Shown here in pieces: positions 30,761 to 39,244 of a stretch of 64,000 nt of DNA. The stretch is from an uncultured Alphaproteobacteria bacterium (GTDB lineage: Bacteria; Pseudomonadota; Alphaproteobacteria; ATCC43930; CGMCC-115725). The stretch covers positions 9,598 to 73,597 of the forward strand of contig CAVOHI010000013.1 of the NCBI GenBank assembly GCA_963695605.1. The letters run 5' to 3'. The first letter of the stretch is position 1. Each line of letters opens with the position of its first letter. Below the pieces are notes generated by a model that saw nothing but the letters and a program-made list of their open reading frames with translations, was not told the origin of the DNA and made no database searches. A program made the translations under genes and the position numbers.

Positions 30761-32494
30761 TCAGTCGAGGCGCAAGCGTTCGGCGGCGAGATCATAGAGC
30801 CGACGCCAGAGCAGCCGATTGAAGGCGAGGACGTAGAGGCAGAGGACTCCGATGCCGAGCGCGATACGAGCGCTGTCGCCCTCGGCGGTCGTTCGCGCGA
30901 TATAAGCGCCGATCCCGGTGGCGGTCAGCGTTGTGTCGCCCCATTGGACCACCTCGGACACAATGCTCGCATTCCATGAGCCGCCCGCCGCAGTGACGGC
31001 GCCGGTCACATATGCCGGAAAAATCGCCGGCAGGATCACGCGTCGCCACCACAGTGATCGTCTGACGCCGAGATTTTGTGCCGCGCGTTGCAGTTCCACC
31101 GGCAACGCCGTGGTGCCGACGATGACGTTGAACAGAATGTACCACTGCGTCCCGAGGATCATCAGGGGGCTCAGCCAGATCTCCGGGTTCGCTCGGAACC
31201 GCAAGATCAGCACCACCGCGACCGGGAAGAACAAATTTGCCGGAAAGGCGGCGAGAAACTGCACGATGGGCTGAACGCGGTCTGCCAAACGCGGGCGCAG
31301 TCCGATCGCCACCCCGATCGGAACCCAAATTAGGGAGGCCACGCCGATCAGAATCAGCACCCGCGCGGCGGTCGCCATACCAAGAAGAAACACCCACCCG
31401 AACTCGACGAAGTCCACCGTCTGGCGGATGAAGGCAATAATCCATACAGCTGCCGCGGTGCCGAGCCCCAACAGAGCGATGTCGAACAAGCGGTCGAGCT
31501 CGGGCCACCGCTGGCGCTCGACCGGCGCCCGGCGCCGGCGAGCCAGGCCGGCCAGCGCGTCGTCGATGATCCGATTGAGTTCAAGCACTCCCGCCTGTAC
31601 CAGATCGAATAGGCGGGCGCGCTGCAGGACTATGAGAAACCACGGCCGAACATTGTCTTCGTCGGCCAAGGGGTCGGCCTGAAATTTGCGCGACCACGCA
31701 AGGAGCGGCCGAAACAACAGTTGATCATACAACAGAATGACGACGAACATGACCAATACCGCGTACCCGATCGCGGCAAGGTCGCGCTGATTGATCGCGG
31801 TCGCGATATACGAGCCGATGCCGGGGAGCATGATCGTCTGGCCGGCAACGGTGATGGCCTCCGAGGCAACGACGAAGAACCAGCCACCCGAAACCGACAT
31901 CATCATGTTCCAGACGAGCGACGGTATAGCGTGCGGCACTTCCAGGCGCCAGAACCGTTTCCAGGGCGACAGATGGTACATCCGAGCCGCCTCGATCAGC
32001 TCGGCCGGCACGGTGCGCAGGGACTGGTAGACACTGAAAGTCATATTCCAGGCTTGCGAGGTGAATATCGCGAAGATTGCCGCGCATTCGACGCCGAGCA
32101 GCCGGCCGGGGAAAAGGGCGATGAAGCCGGTCACGGTGATCGACAGAAAGCCGAGGATCGGCACCGATTGCAGGATGTCGAGGATCGGGATCAGAATCTT
32201 TTCCCCTTGTCGGCTCTTGGCCGCAACCGCCGCATAGACGAGGCTGAACACGAGCGATGCGACGAGCGCGCCGCCCATGCGCAGCACGGTGCGAAGCGCG
32301 TATTCCGGCAGCCACCGAGGGTCGAGGCTGATCGGCAGAACCTCGCCGACCTGATAGCGCGCGCTCATCGCCATGCCGCCCCAAGCGATTAGCGCTATCG
32401 CCCCGAGCACCATCGGCAGCGCGACGAGATCCCATAAATTGGGGCGCAGCCGGGACGGCCAGGCGATCAGGGGCAGGCCCCAGCGCTGTTCCAT
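30761..32494 (-). CDS. ABC transporter permease with duplicated (fused double) NitT/TauT-like permease domains
   Basis: 577 aa. There are two BPD-type permease modules (ILDILQSVPILGF... and a second half ending ...AAERLRLD) with many TM segments. Confidence 0.82.
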   Translation of the reverse strand: MEQRWGLPLIAWPSRLRPNLWDLVALPMVLGAIALIAWGGMAMSARYQVGEVLPISLDPRWLPEYALRTVLRMGGALVASLVFSLVYAAVAAKSRQGEKILIPILDILQSVPILGFLSITVTGFIALFPGRLLGVECAAIFAIFTSQAWNMTFSVYQSLRTVPAELIEAARMYHLSPWKRFWRLEVPHAIPSLVWNMMMSVSGGWFFVVASEAITVAGQTIMLPGIGSYIATAINQRDLAAIGYAVLVMFVVILLYDQLLFRPLLAWSRKFQADPLADEDNVRPWFLIVLQRARLFDLVQAGVLELNRIIDDALAGLARRRRAPVERQRWPELDRLFDIALLGLGTAAAVWIIAFIRQTVDFVEFGWVFLLGMATAARVLILIGVASLIWVPIGVAIGLRPRLADRVQPIVQFLAAFPANLFFPVAVVLILRFRANPEIWLSPLMILGTQWYILFNVIVGTTALPVELQRAAQNLGVRRSLWWRRVILPAIFPAYVTGAVTAAGGSWNASIVSEVVQWGDTTLTATGIGAYIARTTAEGDSARIALGIGVLCLYVLAFNRLLWRRLYDLAAERLRLD

Positions 32495-32679
32495 GCTCCC
32501 TCTTGCCGATGGTCGCCGCCGCGGGGGCGTCGCCTACCAGTACTCCAAGTCCGGCGGGCTGGCTAAACGTAAATTGGCGAAAGCTGCGAGGCTGCTTGCT
32601 GCAAACGGGCCGCGATTCTTGCTTCGGGCCGCCGAACTCCTGACAATGAGCTCGTTACCACTGTGACGGGGGTGCGGCC

Positions 32680-34026
32680 GTGGATATCGGCGAGAGGCGC
32701 CAAGCGAACATCCTGGTATTGGCTCCGGTTGGACGCATCGACAATCTCACGAGCACCGAGTTTCAGGAGCGGCTGCTCGCCGCCGTCAGCTCCAGCTCCG
32801 CGGACGTCGTTGTCGACTTCTCCGGGGTCGAATACATCTCGAGCGCCGGTCTGCGGGCACTGATGGCTGCCACGCGACTGAAGCCGAAGGACCGCCGGCT
32901 CGCCGTCGCCTGTCTCCATACGGTCGTGAGCGAGATCTTCGCAATCAGCCGGTTCTCGCACGTCGTGCCGGTCTTCGCCACCGTTGAGGAAGCGAGCGCC
33001 GCCTGGCAGGCCCCGCCGCGTCCCGAGGAGGCGGTTCCGCATGCCGAAACCCAACCGGCTGGACCGTTGCGTGTCCGCTTTTGGGGCACCCGCGGCTCAC
33101 TACCGGCGCCGCTGCGGGAGCGGGCGGTCCGCGCCAAGATCCGCGATGCGCTGCTCGCCGCTCGCGGGCACGTATTCGAGACCGAGCAGGCGATCGACGC
33201 CTTCATAGACAGCACGCTGCCATTTTCAGTACGCGGCACTTTCGGCGGCAATACCAGCTGTGTGGAGATCATTACCGGCGACGACGAATATGTGATCTGC
33301 GATCTCGGCACGGGCGTGCGTGAATTCGGGAACCGGGTACTTCGCAAGCACGGCCCCGGCCGCAAACACACCTTCAATATCTTTTTGTCGCACCCGCACT
33401 GGGACCATATCATGGGGTTCCCATTCTTTGCCCCCGCTTACATTCCAGGCAATCGGATTTGCATTTACGGCTGCCACGGAGTCCTGCGCGAGGCGCTGCG
33501 CACCCAGCACTCGGCTCCTTGGTTTCCCGTCGATTTTCATTCGCTTGGCTCGAGTATTGAGTTCATCACCCTGGAGTCCGGCCGCGCTTACGAAGTAGCC
33601 GGTCTTTCCGTCACCTCGATCAAACAGTTTCACACGGGAGATTCCTACGGCTATCGCTTTTCCCAAGGCGGGAAGTCGATCGTCTATTCTACCGACTGCG
33701 AGCACAAGAGCTCCCAGCTCGACGAAACCTACCCGTTCGTCGAGTTCTACCGAAACGCCGACCTGCTGATCTTCGATGCCATGTATTCGCTCGGTGACTC
33801 GGTCTCGGTCAAGGAGGATTGGGGTCATTCGAGCAATGTCGTTGCGGTCGAGCTGGCCCAGGCGGCACGCGTCCGGCGCCTCGTGCTATTTCATCACGAG
33901 CCGGCATATGACGACCGTATGCTCGAGGAGATCTTCGCCGATACCGTTCGCTTCGAGGCGATCAGCCGCCATGGCCGCGAGGTCGAGGTGATCTCGGCCT
34001 ATGACGGGCTAGAACTGGAATTGTGA
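32680..34026 (+). CDS. STAS (anti-sigma-factor-antagonist) domain fused to an MBL-fold metallo-hydrolase
   Basis: Residues 1-105 are STAS-like, with the phosphorylatable-serine motif DFSGVEYISSAGLRAL (Ser54 codon 32839-32841). From about residue 128 it is MBL fold: RFWGTRGSLP...GGNTSCVEI...DLGTG...HPHWDH (33391-33408)...DWGHSS...LFHHEP. Confidence 0.8.
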   Translation: MDIGERRQANILVLAPVGRIDNLTSTEFQERLLAAVSSSSADVVVDFSGVEYISSAGLRALMAATRLKPKDRRLAVACLHTVVSEIFAISRFSHVVPVFATVEEASAAWQAPPRPEEAVPHAETQPAGPLRVRFWGTRGSLPAPLRERAVRAKIRDALLAARGHVFETEQAIDAFIDSTLPFSVRGTFGGNTSCVEIITGDDEYVICDLGTGVREFGNRVLRKHGPGRKHTFNIFLSHPHWDHIMGFPFFAPAYIPGNRICIYGCHGVLREALRTQHSAPWFPVDFHSLGSSIEFITLESGRAYEVAGLSVTSIKQFHTGDSYGYRFSQGGKSIVYSTDCEHKSSQLDETYPFVEFYRNADLLIFDAMYSLGDSVSVKEDWGHSSNVVAVELAQAARVRRLVLFHHEPAYDDRMLEEIFADTVRFEAISRHGREVEVISAYDGLELEL

Positions 34027-36133
34027 CGCGCGGTCCTGCGGTGAGCCGAGGCATCGCTCTGCTGCGCGGTCCGGGTCGGGCGGGCGCGCTCGCGCTGGTC
34101 GCGGGCGCCTTAGTCCTGCGCATCATCGACCCCGGCGTCATCACCGAATTGCGCGTGCGCAGCTTCGACTTGGTAGAACGAGTGTGGCCGCGCGCAGCGG
34201 ATTCTGCACGAGTGGCGATTATAGACATCGACGAGAAGAGCCTCGCACGACTACGGGCAGTGGCCGTGGTCGCGGCACAAGGTGGCCGAACTCCTCCGCC
34301 GCATCGCTCAAGGGAAGCCGCGCGTCGTCGGCATTGACATTCTTTTCGCCGACCGAGATCGGCTTTCGCCCGACGAGATCGCGCGAGAACTGCCGGGCCT
34401 GCCTCCGGCTTTGGCCGACGCGTTGGCCCAGCTGCCACCGAGCGACCGCGACCTCGCCGAAGCAATTGCAGCGGTCCCGACGGTGCTTTCGTTCGCCCCC
34501 AGCCATGAGGAGATGGCGCGAAATTCAGCTCCGCTCCGCCTCGCCCCCATCCGCCAGGCCGGAGACGATCCGACGCCGTTTTTGAAGAGCTACAAATCCC
34601 TGGTGCAAAGCCAGCCCGATCTGCGCGCCGCTGCGTTGGCCGCCGGGAGCGACGGAGTCGAGCCGGATCCCGACGGCGTCGTCCGACGACTCGCTCTTGC
34701 TGTGACCTATAAACAGACGATCGTCCCAAGTTTTGCGGTCGAGGTCGTGCGTGTCGGCGGCGGCGAGCGCTCGATCGTGATCGATACCGGCGCGCTCGGG
34801 ATCGAAGAGCTTCAGGATCGGCGGCACCACCATCCCGACGGACAGGCGGGGCCGTGCGATCCTCCACTTCGCGCCGTCGCAGGCACGGTACTTCTCGGCC
34901 TCGGACGTCCTTGATGCGGCGTTCGACCCAGCCGAGCTGCGGGGGCAAGTGGTATTGCTCGGGGTTGCCGGCGTCGGCATCGCCGGGCTCCGGGAAACGC
35001 CGCTTGGTCTCGTCCGCGCGGTCGACCTCCATGCCCAGCTGATCGAATCGATCCTGCTCGGCGACCTGCTTCGCCGGCCTCCATTTCTTGATTGGTTCGA
35101 GCTTGCCACGGCGCTCGTTGCTGGGCTCGTGGTCATCTGGCTGCTGCGCTACGCGAGGCCGGTGCGCGCGGTCGGTGTCGCCTTGGCGATTGCGGCCGCG
35201 CTTTTTGGCGTTGAACTCGTGCTCTTCCGTTTTGCGGATCTTCTCTTCGACAGCACCTTTCCTTCGCTGACCTTGCTCGGCGCGTTGGGTGTGATGCTTG
35301 TCGGCAACCTTCGCGCCACGCAGGGGGAACTCGTCCGCGAACGCGAGGCGAAGCAGCGGGTCGAGGGCGAGCTTGCCGCGGCGCAGGCAATCCAAATGGG
35401 CCTGTTGCCGCGGCGGTTTCCTGCGTTTCCCGATCGTCACGACATCGATGTCTACGCCCGCATCGAGCCGGCGCGAATGGTCGGGGGCGACCTCTATGAT
35501 TACCTATTGATCGGAGAAAGCAGCCGCTTGTTCTTTCTGATCGCCGACGTGGCTGGCAAGGGCATTGCGGCAGCACTGTTGATGGCGGTGACGAAGGAGG
35601 TCATCCGCGACGCCGTGCTCACGTTTGGGCCGGCGCTCGACCGCATCCTCGCGGAAGCCAACCGGAAGACTGCGGCGGCGAGCGCGGAGCTGCAAAGCGA
35701 GGGCGGCGTCTTCGTGACCGCTTTCGCCGGGATTCTCGACCTTGGCTCGGGGGAGGTCGATTTTGCCAGTGCCGGGCACGATGCGCCCTTTGTTCTCGGC
35801 GGCAAAACCGGCTTACGGCGGCTCGTCACTGAAGGCGGTCCGCCGCTCGGCGCAGTCGACGACTTCCGCTTCCCGATCGATCACGACCGGATCGAGCCGG
35901 GCGAGATCTTGCTGCTCTACACCGATGGGATCACAGAAGCGGAGAACGCCAACCATACGCTCTATTCTTCGAAACGGTTAATCATAGCGCTGGGGCAGGC
36001 GCCGGTCGCCGATGCCCAGCACGTCGTTGCGGCGATAATCGACGACGTCAGCCGTTTTGTCGGCGGCGCCGAGCAAGCGGACGATATGACTGTACTGGCG
36101 CTGCGGAGAGTGGGCGGCGGCGCTGCTACCTGA
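34023..36133 (+). pseudogene. CHASE2 sensor - 3 TM - PP2C/SpoIIE serine phosphatase (RsbU-like), two +1 frame disruptions
   Basis: The GTG overlaps the upstream TGA (GTGA). CHASE2: VAIIDIDEKSLARL, then GQWPWSRHKVAELLRRIAQGKPRVVGIDILFADRD. Then IGGTTIPTDRRGRAILHFAPSQARYFSASDVL... VVLLGVAG, TM helices, coiled coil, and PP2C motifs GGDLYDY, IADVAGKG, LYTDGITEA, DDMTVLAL. Shifts are at about 34250-34257 and 34811-34818. Confidence 0.8.
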
Positions 36134-36716
36134 CCGTAATTTCGACGCGGCGGTTGCGGGGCTCGGGGGTTTGGTCGGGGGTAGGCACGAGCGGGTCGCG
36201 CTTGCCACGGCCGGCGATCGAGATTGTCTGGCGATCGACCCCGTCGCGAACGAGCGTGTCGCGGATCGCCGCTGCGCGTTGGAGGGAAAGCGCTTGGTTG
36301 TAGGGCAGGTTGCCGACCGTGTCGGTGAAGCCGATCACCTCGATTTCGTAAACCGGTCGTTGCTTTGTATCATCGAACACAGCGCGATAGGCGAGTTTGG
36401 ATTCGGGGGTCAGCTCGGCGCTCCCGACGATGAAATAGAGACGGAAGTGATGCGGCAGGATTGGCTGCGCCGCGATCGCGCTTCGGAAAATCACGTCGAT
36501 ATTGCCGCGGCTCTCCTCGACGGGTGCCGTGCTGCCGGCGCGCGACTTTGCCGTTGCATAGGGCTGCTCGAGGGTCGTAGCCGTCTTGCCCTCCTCGACA
36601 GTGATCGCCCCCACCCCGCCGTCTTCGGCATTGGGCAGCACCACGAACAGCGCTTGCCGGGGACAACCCGCGAGGAGGACGATTGAGGCGAATGCCGGGA
36701 GTGCCCGCCGCATCAT
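36126..36716 (-). CDS. OmpA-family lipoprotein (peptidoglycan-binding OmpA C-like domain)
   Basis: Lipobox IVLLAGC. The C-terminal motif is GFTDTVGNLPYNQALSLQRAAAIRDTLV...NRRVEITV. The start overlaps the FecR stop (ATGA), and the 3' end overlaps the convergent CHASE2-PP2C gene by 8 nt. Confidence 0.8.
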   Translation of the reverse strand: MMRRALPAFASIVLLAGCPRQALFVVLPNAEDGGVGAITVEEGKTATTLEQPYATAKSRAGSTAPVEESRGNIDVIFRSAIAAQPILPHHFRLYFIVGSAELTPESKLAYRAVFDDTKQRPVYEIEVIGFTDTVGNLPYNQALSLQRAAAIRDTLVRDGVDRQTISIAGRGKRDPLVPTPDQTPEPRNRRVEITVR

Positions 36717-37228
36717 CAGTGGTCGCCATAGACTTGAACCGCAAAGGTCGTACCGCGCACCCCCAGGATTGCGGTCGGCGTCTTGATCTTCATCGCCCCA
36801 GGGGTGCTGCGCGCAATGTCGCCGGAGACGACCGCCAAGGTTCCCTTCCGCATATCGGCCAGCATTGCGCCGCGGAAGTCATTCGAATCGAACTGGAATT
36901 CGTCGAGCGCGATTTGGCTGCTCGGACCGGCGGAGAATACCGTGTTATCGATGAAGGTAATGCCGATCCCGCCGTCCGAACCTGTTTCGATGACATCCTT
37001 GACGAACAGCATATCCCCGACTTCCGCGGGCCGACGCTCCCCGGAGCGCACGACCGCCGCCTGTCCGGTTACCTTTTTGATCTGGGCAATCGGCGAAGTT
37101 TCGGCCGCCGAAGGAACTCCCGCCGTCGCAATCAGCAATGCCGCGGCCAACCACAGCACCAAGCCCAATTTCTTCCTCCCCGCCAACTTCTTCCTCCCAG
37201 GTTGAATCAATGTCTCCTTAATACACAA
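36716..37228 (-). CDS. FecR-domain periplasmic protein
   Basis: Signal peptide LVLWLAAALLIATAGVPSAA, then a FecR-type beta domain (VTGQAAVVRSGERRPAEVGDMLFVKDVIETGSDGGIGITFIDNTVFSAGPSSQIAL...ILGVRGTTFAV). The more likely start is the TTG at 37186, preceded by GGAGG. Confidence 0.75.
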   Translation of the reverse strand: MCIKETLIQPGRKKLAGRKKLGLVLWLAAALLIATAGVPSAAETSPIAQIKKVTGQAAVVRSGERRPAEVGDMLFVKDVIETGSDGGIGITFIDNTVFSAGPSSQIALDEFQFDSNDFRGAMLADMRKGTLAVVSGDIARSTPGAMKIKTPTAILGVRGTTFAVQVYGDH

Positions 37229-37266
37229 GATCGGCAGGCCGTTAGCAGCAAGATGAGCAGGCTTCG

Positions 37267-37704
37267 GTGAAGAGAGCGTCGATCACGCTATTTGCCGACC
37301 CCGCGGAGTTCAGTCGGCTTCAAGCATTTGCCGTCGAGTTCGCGCACCAATGCGGCCTGCCGGATGACGAGCGGTCGCGGCTTCTGATCATTCTCGATGA
37401 GCTCTTCACCAACGTGGTAACGCATGGTTATGGGCCGCATTCGGCGGGAGGAACCGTCGCTGTGGCGCTCGGGTGGAAGAGGGACCGCCTGCGGATCAGC
37501 TTCGTCGACGACGGCCAGCCGTTCGATCCGCTCGCGTTCCGTGGGCCCGATTTGGAGGACGCCACAGAAGAACGCGGTATTGGGGGGCTCGGCATCCATA
37601 TTGTCTGCTCGCTCGTCCACCAGGCCCGCTACCGCCGCAAGGACGACCGCAACCACCTCCATCTGATACGGCGCATCGGGGTGCCGAGCGGGGCGGGCGG
37701 TTGA
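37267..37704 (+). CDS. RsbW/SpoIIAB-like anti-sigma-type serine protein kinase (HATPase_c_2)
   Basis: 145 aa with the N-box ILDELFTNVVTHG and the G-box RGIGGLGIHIV. GTG start. Confidence 0.75.
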   Translation: MKRASITLFADPAEFSRLQAFAVEFAHQCGLPDDERSRLLIILDELFTNVVTHGYGPHSAGGTVAVALGWKRDRLRISFVDDGQPFDPLAFRGPDLEDATEERGIGGLGIHIVCSLVHQARYRRKDDRNHLHLIRRIGVPSGAGG

Positions 37705-37711
37705 GCCTGGC

Positions 37712-38486
37712 TCATCTCGCCGATGCGGCGAGCAAAATCACGATTTCTGCGACTTGCTGGAATGCGCCGAGAACATCGCCGGTATAGCCGCCGATCTGGC
37801 TTCGTGCGAGTTCGGCGGTGGCGAAAACGATCACGCCGGCGAGGCAAAGCGCTATCACTCCGCGCATTGGTCCTAATGCCGCCAAAGCTATCGCGGCGCC
37901 GATAAGCGCCGCCGCAATCGCACCGCCCGCACTAGGTGTTCCAGCCATCGCTCCGAGACCATCGGGGCGTGCCGGCGTCAGTCCCATCATCGCCGCCGGC
38001 AAAGCGGCCCGCGAGGCGGCATGCGCCGCGATAAGCGCTAGACCGCCGTGGATGACATCACCGATGCCGGCGAGCGCGGCGGCCCGCAACAGCACACTCA
38101 GAACAATCGCCAGCACGCCGTAAGTGCCCTGCCGGCTGTCCCGCAGGATCTTGAGCTTTTCTTCCCGGTCGCGCCCCCCGCAAAACCCGTCGGCGGTATC
38201 GGCGAGCCCGTCCTCGTGCAACGCTCCCGTCAACGCGATCCCTCCCAGCACCGACAACAGCGCAGCCGGCCAACTGGCCAGGCCGATCAACTGGGCCACA
38301 AGGAGAGCGAACGCCGCCGCGCCGCCGATCCCGGCGCCGACGAGCGGAAATGTCCAGCCCGAAATCGGCGAGCCGCCACTCGCCCAATCGCGGATCGACC
38401 GGCAGCCGCGTGAAGAAGGCCGTGGCCGCCAGAAACCCGGCGAAAAAACCCGCAGGATAGTGCGAAGGATCCTCTGAGCGGCTCAT
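37712..38486 (-). pseudogene. cobS: Adenosylcobinamide-GDP ribazoletransferase (cobalamin synthase), one +1 frame disruption
   Basis: FLAATAFFTRLPV...LADF, then the next frame gives GWTFPLVGAGIGGAAAFALLVAQLIGL...HEDGLADTADGF...GTYGVLAIVL. The shift is at about 38355-38365 (GGG). Confidence 0.85.
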
Positions 38487-38542
38487 AGCAGCACGATAAC
38501 CGGTTTGGCCAAGGACGGGGTGAATGACTATATTTCAGTGCG

Positions 38543-39214
38543 ATGGCGACGATTACCGGAGCGGGGTTGACGTTGCTCGATCTTGATCGCTTACGGGGGG
38601 CGCCGCTGTGCCGCGACCCGTTCGACTTTGTCGTCGTCGAGAATTTTGTGGACCGCGACGCGCTGAGCCCCCTCGTCGCCGATTTCCCATCCGTCCCCGG
38701 TCACGGCAGTTTCCCGGTCGAAAGCCTGGTATGCGGGGCGGTCTTTTCCCGTCTCGTTGCCGCCTTGACCGGGCCGGCGCTGCGCAGCGCGGTCGGGGAA
38801 AAATTCGGCCTCGACCTCGACAGCCGTCCGACGATGGTGACGGTGCGCGGTAGGAGCGACGGCAAGGACGGGCGCATCCACACCGATTCGGAAAGCAAGA
38901 TCATCACATTGCTGCTCTATTTGAACCACGCCTGGGACCGCCCCGAAGGCCGTTTGCGGCTGCTGCGCGGTCCCGACAACATCGACGATTACGCGCGCGA
39001 GGTCGTGCCGCTCGCCGGCACCATGCTGGCGTTTCGCCGCAGCGCCCGCTCATTCCACGGGCATCGACCGCATGTCGGCGAGCGCCGAATGGTGCAGCTC
39101 AATTGGGTGACCGAGCCGGCGGTTGTCCGGCGCGAGCTCAACCGCCACCGCTGGTCGGCGCGCTGGAAGGCACTCAACCCGTTTGCGCCCCACCTCAGGG
39201 TTGGCGTCGCGTGA
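38543..39214 (+). CDS. 2OG-Fe(II) oxygenase superfamily protein
   Basis: 223 aa. The H-x-D...H facial triad is plausible (GRIHTDSESK ... FHGHRP). Substrate unknown. Confidence 0.65.
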   Translation: MATITGAGLTLLDLDRLRGAPLCRDPFDFVVVENFVDRDALSPLVADFPSVPGHGSFPVESLVCGAVFSRLVAALTGPALRSAVGEKFGLDLDSRPTMVTVRGRSDGKDGRIHTDSESKIITLLLYLNHAWDRPEGRLRLLRGPDNIDDYAREVVPLAGTMLAFRRSARSFHGHRPHVGERRMVQLNWVTEPAVVRRELNRHRWSARWKALNPFAPHLRVGVA

Positions 39215-39244
39215 AAAATCGATTAACTGATTGCGCGATAAGGG

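Noticed and set aside
33962-35440. Long antisense ORFs opposite well-supported genes: 33962..35440, 17061..18044, 18480..19754, 20846..22069, 43997..45043, 45488..46573, 5672..6469, 54661..55290
   Set aside because: They are Arg/Pro/Ala/Gly-rich and low-complexity, with no recognisable motifs. Each lies antisense to a gene with clear family signatures. These are the shadow ORFs expected in high-GC DNA.
38487-38542. Cobalamin riboswitch upstream of cobS
   Set aside because: The gap to the divergent gene is only 56 nt, too short for a B12 riboswitch, and no B12-box-like sequence was seen.
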